A stretch of DNA of 64,000 bases, taken from Chrysomallon squamiferum (Eukaryota; Animalia; Mollusca). The DNA lies in NCBI GenBank assembly GCA_012295275.1, contig CM022679.1:13144001-13208000 (forward strand), given 5' to 3'. Positions within the stretch are counted from its first letter, which is position 1; each line of letters begins with the position of its first letter. Below, one piece after another: positions 11,837-24,150 of the stretch. The position numbers were made by a program, and so were the translations under genes. The notes under the pieces were generated by a model. It searched no databases, was not told where the DNA came from, and saw only the letters and a program-made list of their open reading frames with translations.

Positions 11837-13153
11837 ATGTTTGAAATAGAAACCCCAAAAGAAAACTTTACGAGGCAAGACGATTTCACATCAAAGCATG
11901 TTACAACTCTTATTATCAGTCTTTTTCTGATGATCTTCATTTGCGCTGGCAATCTGATGGCCATCATCGCTGTGTGTATAACGCCGGCGCTGAAAACGAT
12001 CTCCAACATGTTCGTTGTCTCCTTGGCTATCGCAGACTTCTGCACGGGGGCGATCATTCCTTACTTCACTTTCGGCTTGTATCCGCCGTTCTGGGACGAG
12101 CTGGCACGAAACAAGTACCTCTGCTTGTCTCGCATGGTGCTCTATCTTGTGTTTGTATCCAACTCGGTTCTTTGCATAGTGACTATATCGTTTGACAGGT
12201 TCATATTTATCCGTTTTCCGCTGAATTACGAAACGATGGTCAGTGTTCGGAAAGCTTTAGCGGTGATTTTTTTTAACTGGGGGCTGGCGATTCTGTTGGG
12301 GTCGGTTCCCCTTTATTACAACACTTGGCGAGACGGGTTCGGATGTCACTCGTACTTTGTGGTACCGTATCAGTATATCAGTTATGTACTCTGTCCTGTG
12401 TTCTTTTCTCTGTGCGTCTTCACCGCGGCTTTCTATTTGTACATAGTGACAACAGCGAGTAAGCACCGGCGGAAAGTTCGGAGACTGTCGCAATACAGCA
12501 GCACCGCAGGACTAACCACTCACTGGAAGCTGAGTTCCGAATGGAAATCTGTAAAAATGTTCATAGTTGTATTCGGTGTTTTCTTCATATGTTGGGCGCC
12601 TGGTTTTATTGCTATTATTATTCACAGGTATGCGCACATAGACCACTTCTTGTTGAATTTCATAGTGGCTCTCGGATTCCTGAATTCTGGAATGAACTTC
12701 ATTATATATTCATATCAGAATAAACAGTTTCGACATGCTTTTAAAAAAATGCTGAGAGGACCTTTAGGATTCATACAAAATACTTACAAGACATATTTGG
12801 GAGATCCGTTAACAAAATTACTAATGAGATCCGCATCGATGAGGCGGTTTTTCCACGTGGTATCGGAACAGAAAAAAAAGATTATGACCTTAAAATTCTT
12901 TAAATATTTCACAACAAATAAACTTTCTCCTCCATATTCCTCCACGACGACTAAAACTTTCACAAACGAAACTGTTTATGCTCATACAGAAACAGAACAA
13001 AAAACGACGTCAACACCAGCATCAGACGCGATACCGAACCCACCGCCATCACCTCGAAGACAATCAGCACCGGCAGGTCGTGAACATGCGTACACTTCGG
13101 AATACCCTCCAAAGGTGCGACGCATGTCATCGCCATCGGATATATCAAATTAA
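11837..13153 (+). CDS. Class A GPCR paralogue 3 (438 aa, long Ser/Thr/Pro-rich C-tail); intronless CDS
   Basis: Intact ORF; GN, SLAIAD, DRF, CWAP, NFIIY, FRHAF; shares YPPF and SEWKS/EWKT blocks with its neighbours. Confidence 0.95.
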   Translation: MFEIETPKENFTRQDDFTSKHVTTLIISLFLMIFICAGNLMAIIAVCITPALKTISNMFVVSLAIADFCTGAIIPYFTFGLYPPFWDELARNKYLCLSRMVLYLVFVSNSVLCIVTISFDRFIFIRFPLNYETMVSVRKALAVIFFNWGLAILLGSVPLYYNTWRDGFGCHSYFVVPYQYISYVLCPVFFSLCVFTAAFYLYIVTTASKHRRKVRRLSQYSSTAGLTTHWKLSSEWKSVKMFIVVFGVFFICWAPGFIAIIIHRYAHIDHFLLNFIVALGFLNSGMNFIIYSYQNKQFRHAFKKMLRGPLGFIQNTYKTYLGDPLTKLLMRSASMRRFFHVVSEQKKKIMTLKFFKYFTTNKLSPPYSSTTTKTFTNETVYAHTETEQKTTSTPASDAIPNPPPSPRRQSAPAGREHAYTSEYPPKVRRMSSPSDISN

Positions 13154-13511
13154 ATATTTAAAAATCGAAAAGCTATTTTGGATATAACTGCTTGAATGAG
13201 TCACAATTTAGACATAAAAAAAAAACAAAAAAACAAAAAAAAACATGTATATAGTTAAATATAAATATGTGTGTGTGTGTGTGTAATATGATTTGCTTCC
13301 TCTGTCGTGCTCTTTATATTCAGCTCCCTGTTTTATTGTAACATTTTGACATTAAAATGTGATAATTATATTATATAAATAGTTTAAAACAGAATTTCTA
13401 TTTATTTTTCTAGCATTGTGAGTTTCGCTATCGATTTATTTTAATGATCATTGTAACGTTCAGTTTCCAAAGTAATCAGTTTTAAAATTTGGAATTTTAT
13501 TTATTCACACA

Positions 13512-13559
<48 letters not shown>

Positions 13560-13599
13560 ATTGATTTAGTTACCATTATCATCATCATCATTATTATAA

Positions 13600-13632
<33 letters not shown>

Positions 13633-14937
13633 TGTGGTTTGTAAAGTATGCCTATTTGCATGCTTTTTAAAATCTGTAAAATTTGTATTAATTCTCCCCT
13701 TAAAAATTGCATTTGTTTATATATAAATATTTATATATCTATAATACCGACAGTAGTTATATTATTCAAGAAGCATATTATTTATTTGTAAACAGCTACA
13801 CAAAGTTAACAGTTTGCCTAATGCGGCTGAAAGTCATGCCTCAGATCTTCTTAAAGAAATCTATCATGTCACGATGGATTCGCGATTCAGAATCAATTAT
13901 TGTACACTTTAAATTTTGTTTTTATGTTGGCTAAATTAATTTTGTTTTCAATTATATTTAAAAGAAAATAGGCAAATAATATTTTCAGATACAGAAAATT
14001 TGTCATTAAAATATGTTTGCAATGATAAAAGGATGAATAAAAATTTGTTTTACAAAAACAGAACACATTCTACCATTAAAATGTCTGATGACAGAGAAAC
14101 TGCATGCTGTATATTAAGGGAAATAATGTACAGGAGTGTTGAAAAAAAAATTATTTAAATATTCCAGTTTATTCCACATTATTCCAAACATTAAATACAC
14201 AGCAGAATATTCTTACGCTTATAATCAACCACCACACTACAGTTACCCGTACATGGATACACGCACACAGACGCACTAGCACACGTATCATTGCTCATAA
14301 CAAAGTTTGACAATAAAATAATAAATGATATCTGTTGGTGTCATGTCGTGGTGACGGACTCATAGCTGTATTGTTATATGACAACACCAGCAGAAATGTT
14401 ATAGTAAACAGATTCCACTTAACGTCGGAAAAATGTTTTTTGCTTGTTTGTTTAGACTTTTTATTTTTATTCATTATTATTATTTTTTGTTTGTTTATTT
14501 GTTTGGTTTGTTTTTAGTTATATTTCGTTATTAATTCAGACTGAAAAGCAAAAAAAAAAAAAAAAAAAAAAATAAATAAATAAACAAACAAATTAGAAGA
14601 ACGCAAAATGTATTTAGAGTATTTCTCACTGGTATGACCAAAGGTGCACTTTAATGCCTTTGACTGAACCATACCATTACCGTTTGTCAAGAATGTAAAT
14701 TCCAAATCTTGTCTTATTACTAAAGTATCTTCTGACAATTAATGGTTTTTTAATATATAGGAATGTAATATTATACAATTTTAAGTAATAATACTAACAG
14801 GATTAATATTTTATACTTTAAAGATATAATCTATTTTCTTCCTTTCTTTAAATTTGAATAATACTGTCAGCTGTTAAATTATTAATTTTGAAATACCCCT
14901 TGTCCATATTAATCATTTTCTTTTGTTTTACTTTGTT

Positions 14938-14968
<31 letters not shown>

Positions 14969-15209
14969 TTTTAACATGCAGTGCATTATAAACCTTAATA
15001 CTTTTTCAAGTATGCATCAGCAGATAATTGTGTCTGTGTGTATGTGTATGTGATAATTATACATTCCCAATGACATGGAAATAACTGGTTTGATTTCGTT
15101 GATCATAATTAATGATAAAATGGATTAGGTGTGAAAAAAAAAAAATTCACCATACCATTATCTTTCAGCATTATGATGATTGTAAACTAGAGTACATTCC
15201 CTTTAATAG

Positions 15210-15305
15210 ATGGCGTTCATAATTTAAACTACTGGTTTTTGTCTGTTTGTTTCGCGTAGAATGTTAATATTGCTATTTGTTGTCATCAGTCGAAAGAGCG
15301 GGAGT
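15210..15305 (+). promoter_or_regulatory. Candidate MAD2 proximal promoter with cell-cycle-type motifs
   Basis: CHR-like TTTAAA ~15223, E2F-like TTTCGCG 15250-15256 and GCGGGA ~15298; short motifs that could be chance. Confidence 0.25.
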
Positions 15306-15313
15306 TCGAAAAT

Positions 15314-17247
15314 ATGAGTGCGACAAATACACAAAATGCGATTACTTTAAAAGGATCGACAGACATAGTGGCAGAATTTTTTGGTAAAACAGCCCATACG
15401 TATATATTTCTTTTGATTCCTGAGCTTCGATACCATGATCGCCTTTTATTAATATTAATGCACAATTGTGTGACCGATTCGCCGCATGTTCATTTCTCAG
15501 CAAAGAGCAATCAATGAATCAAAAAAGTTTGATGAATTAAAGAACTAAATGCAAATGATGAACTAAATGCAAATCATGATATAACTATTACGACTGCTTA
15601 ATTTTTTTTTTTTATAAACTAATGAATGTGTTGTTTCAGAAATATGAATTTGAAGAAAGACTAACAGGAGCCTATAAATTATAATCTAGATTAAACTGAC
15701 GTAGTTAAAAAGAAAAAGGAAACATTTTAAGTTTTATTACATAACCAGTGATAATAAAATAATACTAAGAGCCTTAAAAGTAAAGAAGATGAATAAACTT
15801 TTCTTTAATTCAATTCTTTTTTTAATTATTATTATAAATAAAGGAATTTTGAAGTTTAGGCCCTGTCCTCAACAGTGATTGAATTTTTGTTTATGTCAGA
15901 CATCATTAGTTTATATATTAATCAAACCATAACGCAGGTTTTATTTATAATTGTTTATTTATTTAATATTTTGTTTTCTTACAGATTATGGAATTAATAG
16001 TATTTTGTACCAGCGAGGTATCTATGCTCCAGAAACTTTTACTCGTGTTCAGAACTATGGCTTGACACTTCTTGTGACCACTGATGAGCAGTTAAAAAAA
16101 TATCTTAATGAAGTTCTGTCCCAAATAAAAGGTAGTCATATTATTCTTGTAAAATATTTTATATTCAGTCTCTTGAATTTTTAACCACATAACTGGATTA
16201 CTTTTAGAAAGACAACTAAGAGGCTTCATAGCTGAATGATAAATATAAAAATAAAAAATATTAAGATTTGTGTGAATAGCCCAAATTCTTAAAAATTGTC
16301 CATTTTATAAAAATCATTTTTGTGCAGTTAACTATTCAGTTAAAACTGTCTGTGATGAACTCATAAAGACCCAAGATTTGGTACATACAATAATAATTAT
16401 ACAAACTAAAACAATTTCAGAACATCACTCTGTTTAAGTTCATTTATACTTTTCATATATTTTCTGAAAATGTTCCGTTTATTTTAATAACATCAGTATG
16501 TCATATTTTAATTTCAGTGTGGCTGATGGACATGACTGTGCAGAAACTGGTCATTGTTATCAAGGACATCAAAAGCAATGAGGTGTTGGAGAGGTGGCAG
16601 TTTGACATAGAATGTGATAAAACGGTCACAAGCACAACGTACATTACATTTTTCATTTTATTTATTTATAGATTATTATTATTAGCTAATTTAGTTACTG
16701 TAACAAAGGCAATTTTTATTCAAGTAAAGCCCATAATATATTGAGGTATTTATTACATAGTGTAGTGTGTGTTTAGTTTTTGCACTGTGCATTAAAGTTT
16801 TGTTAATAATAAATTTTTAAGTTCCTATTATCTTATTTCTGTATTTTATTACAAAATAATTTATAAGTGATATATTTCTAATTGGCTCTGTTGTCATTAC
16901 TTGGATTTCAGAACACAAAAGGCAAATATTTAATGAATCATATAACTGTCCCTGTTGATGTTTGAACTTTTTTGTGTGTGTATGTATTTGTTACCATGTG
17001 AAGATGTGAGAGAGGAAAACTGCAGCCACCATTTGATAATAAGTACTGTTACTGTTTAGCTACAAGGGATTTGTATACATATATATATATATGTATGTAT
17101 GTGTATAATATCCCTTGTAGCTAAACAGAAAAACATTTGTTATTAATTTTAAACAGGGACAGTTACATGATTCCTTTTGTGTTATGAAATCCAATTAGAG
17201 ATATTTCATTTATAAATTACTTTGTAACTAATTACAGACAATAGAAA

Positions 17248-17282
<35 letters not shown>

Positions 17283-18314
17283 TAAGACATCAATTTTATT
17301 TTATTATTATTATTTTTTGGTTATTATATTTAGATGTTGTGAAACACTGATTCATTCCTCTGGTGATTTTTACAAAATTAATTTATGTCCTAAATAGAAT
17401 GACTTCAGAACATATATTGAATTTACTTTTCCTATTCTGCATACAATGTGTTGTTATATTTTGAGTGTGTTTAATCTCACATTGTGTAAAACATATCTGA
17501 AATGTTTGCAGTAAAAGAGAGAATGCCAACATTAAAGAGATAAAGAATGAGATTCGCTCAGTAATTAGACAGATCACAGCATCCATCACCTTCCTGCCTC
17601 TCCTTGAAACAGCATGTAAGAGTTTGAAATATTTAATTTCAGATATGTTCATTATAAAATCTCAGCTTACTTTAAAATTATCAAGACGTCAACTTTAAAG
17701 CAACAAAAATAATAATGGTATTGAAATAGTTACCGCACTGAAAAAGAGAAATGTACATAAACAAAAATGTTTTGTATTTCTTAAATTTGGCTGTACATAC
17801 TCTTAAAAGCTATTGATGCTAAAGTGATTGATAATTTCATCAGTTCTTCATACCTTCTGTAATATGTTTTTAATTTTATACTACTGTCAACATCATTTTC
17901 TGAAGAGGTGTTAGAATATGTTACATTCATTTGAAATGTTAAAAGCAACCTACATTAATTTCAGCAATTGTTTTAATAACATTTAATTTTATTTTATTTT
18001 TCCTACATAATTATATTATAAAGATATACAACTGATTTTACAGACACTGATCATCTAGGATTTCATTTAGTCCTGATAAAAATTAGTACTGAAGTTCGTT
18101 AACAACTGACATTTAACATTTATTTAATTTATAATCTGTATTTTTAGGTTCATTTGACATATTGGTTTATACGGACAAGGACTCGGAACTTCCCAATACC
18201 TGGGGTGAATCAGGTCCACATCTCATTGTGGACTCTGATGAGGTTCGGTTGAGATCTTTCTCCACAACAATACACAAAGTAGACGCCATGGTGGCCTACA
18301 AGAAATCAGACTGA
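15314..18314 (+). CDS. MAD2L1: Mitotic spindle checkpoint protein MAD2 (HORMA domain), 5 exons, 202 aa: join(15314..15383,15985..16131,16518..16638,17512..17615,18148..18314)
   Basis: Spliced product reads ITLKGSTDIVAEFF-DYGINSILYQRGIY...EVLERWQFDIECDK...EIRSVIRQITASITFLPLLE...CSFDILVYTDKD...WGESGP...EVRLRSFSTTIHKVDAMVAYK*. All introns are GT-AG with consistent phases; exons are 70/147/121/104/167 nt, 609 nt total. Confidence 0.97.
16849..17227. repeat. Foldback (long imperfect inverted repeat, MITE-like) in MAD2 intron 3
   Basis: Perfect 19-bp inner IR CTGTTTAGCTACAAGGGAT (17052-17070) / ATCCCTTGTAGCTAAACAG (17110-17128) around a TA-rich loop; outer arms also pair (AACTGTCCCTGTT/AACAGGGACAGTT, TTGGATTTCA/TGAAATCCAA, TTACAAA/TTTGTAA). 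Confidence 0.8.
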
Positions 18315-18728
18315 TAAAACTTCTCCAGACACTGAAATTCTTTTTACTTTGGAGTTGGGAACACTGCTTACAAGAAATCAGATTGATAAAACTTCTCCAG
18401 ACACTGAAATTCTTTTTACTATGGAATCAGAAACACTGCTTACAAGAAATCAGACTGATAAAACTTCTCCATAGTCTGAAATTCTTTTTACTTTGGAGTT
18501 GGGAACACTGCTTACAAGAAATCAGACTGATAAAACTTCTCCATAGTCTGAAATTCTTTTTACTTTGGAGTTGGGAACACTGCTTACAAGAAATCAGACT
18601 GATAAAACTTCTCCAGACACTGAAATTCTTTTTACTATGGAATCAGAAACACTGCTTACAAGAAATCAGACTGATAAAACTTCTCCATAGTCTGAAATTC
18701 TTTTTACTTTGGAGTCAGGAACACTGCT
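18297..18728 (+). repeat. 72-bp tandem repeat x6 starting in the last MAD2 codons and filling the proximal 3' UTR
   Basis: TACAAGAAATCAGACTGATAAAAC... recurs at 18297, 18369, 18441, 18513, 18585 and 18657. Confidence 0.95.
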
Positions 18729-20626
18729 TTGGTGTTTGTTGTGGAACCACTAAACTTAATGACTAGTTGATGGAATTAGTCTGTCAGAGATGTGCAGATT
18801 ACAGAATGTAGAAGACACTGAAAAATCAAAACATCTTTCAGGAAATGTTCCTTACCAGCATCTTTTTACTTTGAACATTCTTTTTATATTTGAATCAGAT
18901 GATACTGCTTGCTAAAAAATCTGTATTGAAGGTGATACGTTTGAGGGATTGGTCTGTTCTTCTGACTGTATTTTTTCTAGATCACTTAATGGAAGAAAAT
19001 GACTCTGTATCTACTATCTAAGCTTAAGACAGAAAAATGTGACTGTTGTTTATTCTACTTGTTCGCTGTTTTCTTCTCAGGTCAGAAGTTCTGCTTGTTC
19101 TAAAAATTTCTAAACTCATTAATAGTCTTGTGAGATTTGTCACTATTGTTCACTGTTTCTTTACTGTTTTTAATGATTGTATGAAAGAATTGTAGAAATG
19201 TTGCTGTTATACATATGTTTCCTGGGAAGCTTTCTTTCAAAGCATCACTGATAATACTGAAATAGTCATAAGGATGTAGAATGTAACAGAACTGCTATGG
19301 TTGTTATTCTGTGTCAATAGATCGCTAATCTTCACTACAATTTAAAGATGCTCGAAATCTTAGTCAGCTTTTTTGTGTCTGTTAACAAAATTTGTTAGTG
19401 TCAGAATAGTTTATTTAAATTCTCTAGTGAATTCAGTGAAAATAAATTGTAGTAGTGAGAAAGATTGTATGTCTACTAATTTCAATGAAAATAAATCTCA
19501 CATGCACAACTAATCTGTTGCATAGAACTACAAGTTTATAGGGAATCACTAGATAAGCAATTATGTTTAACATGAAAAATACATCATTGGTATTTTTTAA
19601 AAATAGCATGTTCTGCACTTTGATGTGTTAAATTGCTTTTCTTTTTTATAGTAAAAAATAAGTGTTAGTCTCAGAAAATCAGAACTGACAACTGATGTCT
19701 GAATGAAAAATCATTGGGAGTTTTTCACAGGAAATTCTTTTTTCCATTTAAAAAAACAAAAAAAAAAAAAAAAACATTCAGCAATATGACTGGATATAAA
19801 TTTTGACATTAAGTTTGGTTTAGTAATTATATATTTTTATAATATCAAGCATATGGTTTACCTTTTCATAAAATGAAAGTAAATGGCTGTTCCCAAATGT
19901 TTTGTAATCAAAACCATGACTACATTTGAGTTAAACCTCAGGTTAATTTTCTTTTTATTACGTTAAATAATTACACCAATTTCTCAGCATAAAGTAATAA
20001 CAAAATATTTTTGGTGTAAATAGGATCCTAAAAGAAGAATCTGTGTTATAGTATATACCAATAAATATAACACACTGACTGTAAATTAGTAATGTTCACT
20101 TCAATCTGAACTCTGCACTATATCCAAACATTTTAAATCTAAATGTGGAATTTAGCTGCACCTTTTGTTATAACTAAGACTGGTAGGTCCATTAGGCAGT
20201 TAGGTTGAAAATGATTATAAGAAATCAGGGCATTAATTTATGAATTTTTTTTTTGTTTTTTTTTTTTTGTAAATAGGTTTCTTGTAAAGAAATGTGTACT
20301 GAAAATATATTCTTTCATAAAAATGATATGCTAAATGTTCACAGGACAGATGGGTTAAAACTAATTTTAATTTTATTTATTTATTTATTTAATTTTTTTT
20401 TTTTTCTGTCTGTTTTATTTTCAGAAATATTACAGTTAGTTTCTGTTTATGAGGATAGAATTACACCACTAACTAAACTGTTCAGACTTGAGGAACATTT
20501 ATATCATAATTAAAGAGAATTTTATTGTCATTGCGAGGGGAAAATATAATTGAAAATTTTTTGCTCAAACATTTCTTATTTCTTTTTTTTTTCTTTTTAT
20601 TATTTTTTTGGTTTATTTATTTATTG

Positions 20627-20680
<54 letters not shown>

Positions 20681-21361
20681 TGTTGTTTATTCATTGCCAA
20701 TGACTTTTAAAACATGTATTTGTAAAATTTACACTAATTGTTGACAATAAAAAAATTTGTAAATGGTTTATTATCATAGTTGGTTCTTTGAATTTTTAAT
20801 TTTTTTTTTTATTGTTTATTTAACAACTATGTATAAAAAATTGTTTTATTAAACAAACAAATGTGTGTATATATATATATATACGATGTATTACATTTTT
20901 TTTCTTTTTTTTTTTTTTTTTTTTTTTTGACACTCCACTTTAAAGTATTAAATATCTTGTGATTTTAAACTTCTCAAACTCCTAACATTGGTTAAAGGAT
21001 ATTAGTTGTATCAAAGGTACATTCTGATACAAACTGTATTCAGAGATAATACATTTTTGTAAAATAAAAATTATTAATATGCATAAGTTTTGGGTTTTTT
21101 TTTTTTGTTGTTCTTCTTCGTTTGACATGAGATACAAATACTTAAAATTATTGTGCAAGAGTTCGTATACAGGTAACCGATAAAAGCACTGTGTGAACCA
21201 TAAATTAATTTAGCATTCCGATTTCATTTTATTATTATGGTTTATTAACAGCGGTTAATCTTCACATGTCCCGTGATACATGACGCGCAAACAATATTAA
21301 GAATTAACGTGAGTAATAAATCAGTATTATCAAGTACTATTAAAAAAAAAAAAAAAAAAAA

Positions 21362-21423
<62 letters not shown>

Positions 21424-21509
21424 TGGTTACTTATGCGCATGGGCAGACTAATTACCAAACCATGTGACCAACATAACACTGTTGTGACAACAAAGTTATT
21501 TTTAGCATC

Positions 21510-21895
21510 TAACGTCATCAAGGGTATAAAAGGACCGCGCGTCCGCCCAACCGACGGAACTGCCCAGCTCGCACCCGCGGAAAGTCGTTCACCATGACGG
21601 ACTGGAAGTGGGTGCTGTCTCGTGTTAAGATATTTTCCTTTTTGGTTCACAATTACGCTTACTTCGTTATTTCCTGAGATGTTCGAATCTTAGGACCCGT
21701 TCCCGGTTCTCGGAGACCACGCCCGTCAGCGGCCCTGCAATCGCAGTTTTAACTGTGCTAAAGGGTTGGGTGTGTGATCTGGGGACCTCAGACGTTGTAC
21801 ATTGGCCGCTGGGTGGATTCGAATACCCCAGTGCCGAGTAGTGCAGTCTTTGAGGTCCCTGGTGTATTTCTACGCGTCTACTATGAAAGGTAAGT
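21510..21895 (+). promoter_or_regulatory. Array copy 1: degenerate CRE (TAACGTCA) + TATAAAA + putative first exon ending ATG AAA G|GTAAGT
   Basis: TATA 21525; ATG 21883; donor GT at 21890. Confidence 0.65.
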
Positions 21896-23399
21896 TCGTT
21901 TATTTAGAAAGTAATTCTCTTCACATTCAGTATTAATTACTGCGTGACCTATATTATATGTGAGAATGATGATGGCGCTTATTTACTTATTATTATTATT
22001 GTTATTATTAAGACGACGACGAAGAAGAAACGACAACGAAATTGATTCAGGTAAATATTGCAATAATGTTTCACACAGAATTAAAATAGAATCGTGGAGG
22101 TATTGCACAATCACAATGCAAGTTCAAAGTCCAAAGCTAGTGATAATGACTCGGTGTAAAAGATATTAACAAGGTTTTAATTTTAACTATTTATTAAAAA
22201 ACGAAACAAAAGTTTACGTAAGCGGATGATAATATTAGCTTTCGGCTGTGTGTAACCTCTAACCAACAAAAAAAAATAATATTAATATAACGAAATTTGG
22301 TGATTGTTTTTTTAGATGATGATGATAATTATTATTATTAAAAAATGAAACAGGATTTTTCTCAAACTTTATTAATATATTTAGAATAAAGTACTTTACA
22401 AACGTGTGACTAACAGGTAAGTGACAAGTGTGTAATTTAAAATATTGAAAAGTGATCGAAAAATTCTTTGTCGACGGATAAGGTAAGTATATTTTTTTAA
22501 CTTTGTATTTTGCTAAGCGAATCGAGTGGGAGTTGTGTACCAAAGGGAAAACATCTTTTCACGAGACAGCATTCAAGTCTGGACCTGCATGTTGATCGAC
22601 TTGCTGAGAAATGAACACGACTTGTTATGAAAATGTTAATAAAAACAATAAATAAAACAGGTATCTGTGTATTACATATGTTTTAAAAATAAATGAACGA
22701 TAATTTATGTGGTTTTAGCTGTTTCAAGTTATTAGACGTCATAGTCAAGTATCTGACATATTCAGTTATATCGTAAATTTATGGCATAGATCATTGAAAA
22801 TGGTGTTTCATTTCTTCGTCGAATTAAACTTAGTATTCTACTTTGACTTTCTAATTTAGAACCCAAAACACAAACCACGATAATTTATTGTATTTTATTT
22901 AATCATAGGTATGTATTTATAAAAAAACAAAACAAACATAACTTTAAAAATATCTTTCACTATCCTGCAAATATTACTTTTTCTTTTTTACATGAAGTTT
23001 AAATTATTTGTTACGTGCCATATACTACTGAACGAAAATAAATAGAACTTAATTTTGTAAAATTAATTTTTCATTCATTAATTCTGAAGAAGGAAATGAG
23101 CCCACCTAGTACAGGAACTTTATATTTTATTTTTATTTTTATTTTATTTTATTTTATTTTTTTTTTGAAGACCGTAACTACAAACAAATAAAATAAATCA
23201 CGATACAAAACATAAGCGCTTCAGGAAAAATAACCAATATAAATGTGTTAAAAATACTAAACGCCTAAGATAATTAAAATTAAAACATAGTAAGTAAAAC
23301 TGTATGCCTCTCCACCATGATTAAATTCAAAAGAAAACAAAATCCACCCAATATGTTGTAATCGACTGCTGTTTGAGAAAAGTAGGATTTGAAATACTA

Positions 23400-24150
23400 T
23401 ACAGTAACGTCAAACAAAGATAATTCAAACGTCGATTTCTCGGATACTCGATTTATTGAACCGAAAGTTAGCATTGATGACCTTCGAATATTCAAAAGTG
23501 AATAAATCCAAAAACTTTATATCTCAAAGTCGCTTTCCTGATCGAGAAAATAGATTTAATAGAAATTAGCCTTCGAAAACTCGAAGTGCTGGAATGGTCA
23601 CGCTATTGTTTCACTTGGTAAATACAAAACAATGAGTCGTTGATTATCCGGAACGAAATACGCCTACCTCGGTCGTCATGTGTTTTTACACAAAGCACTT
23701 TCGTTGTTTAGCTGATAAAGTTTACTGATTGATGTTTGTTTTGCTTACAAATGAATGTATCGCGTCAAACATGCTGTTTGCTGTTTAAATGCCAATTATT
23801 ATGAAAGACCGGGGAATCTGGTGGACCCGGCAACGGAGATAGGGTGGGGTGGAGGAATAGCCAGATGGGTTAACAAACAAAAGTTCTGCTGTCATGTTAT
23901 CCAAAAGGACCCGACAGTGGAGTTTTAACCGCATTGGAAACACAAAGCAGAGGCGTGAAAAGAAAGTTGGCGATGAAAAATACTGAGACAAATTCAAAGG
24001 GTTAATGGAGGTTAAAGCCGGTATATAAATATATAAACTGCTAAGGAAAACCATAAGTGGTCAAATACTTTATTACTATGGATTAAAAAGAAATAATCAA
24101 TTCAAGAAGATTATTTAACGTTTGGTCATAAAGTAAAAACGCGAGAACTG
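23400..24150 (+). mobile_element. Decayed pogo/Tigger-like transposon fragment carried in the array unit (homologues at ~29540, 38910, 47520, 50230, 56290, 62350)
   Basis: TACAGT...CAAACCTCGATTTCTCGA-type terminus (best preserved at ~47545) plus frameshifted fragments IARWVNKQ...KKLAMKN...DKFKG resembling a CENP-B-type HTH (W...FKAS.GW) of pogo transposases. Recognition by eye only. Confidence 0.4.

Noticed and set aside
3352-13187. Short alternative-frame and antisense ORFs overlapping the GPCRs
   Set aside because: Shadow ORFs of GC-richer coding sequence, except 8059..8766 which is the frameshifted half of GPCR 2.
18297-18728. CRISPR-like array
   Set aside because: Contiguous repeats without unique spacers, eukaryotic context, no cas genes.
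18383-18766. 127-aa repetitive ORF after MAD2
   Set aside because: By-product of a 72-bp (multiple of 3) repeat in the 3' UTR; starts at TTG.
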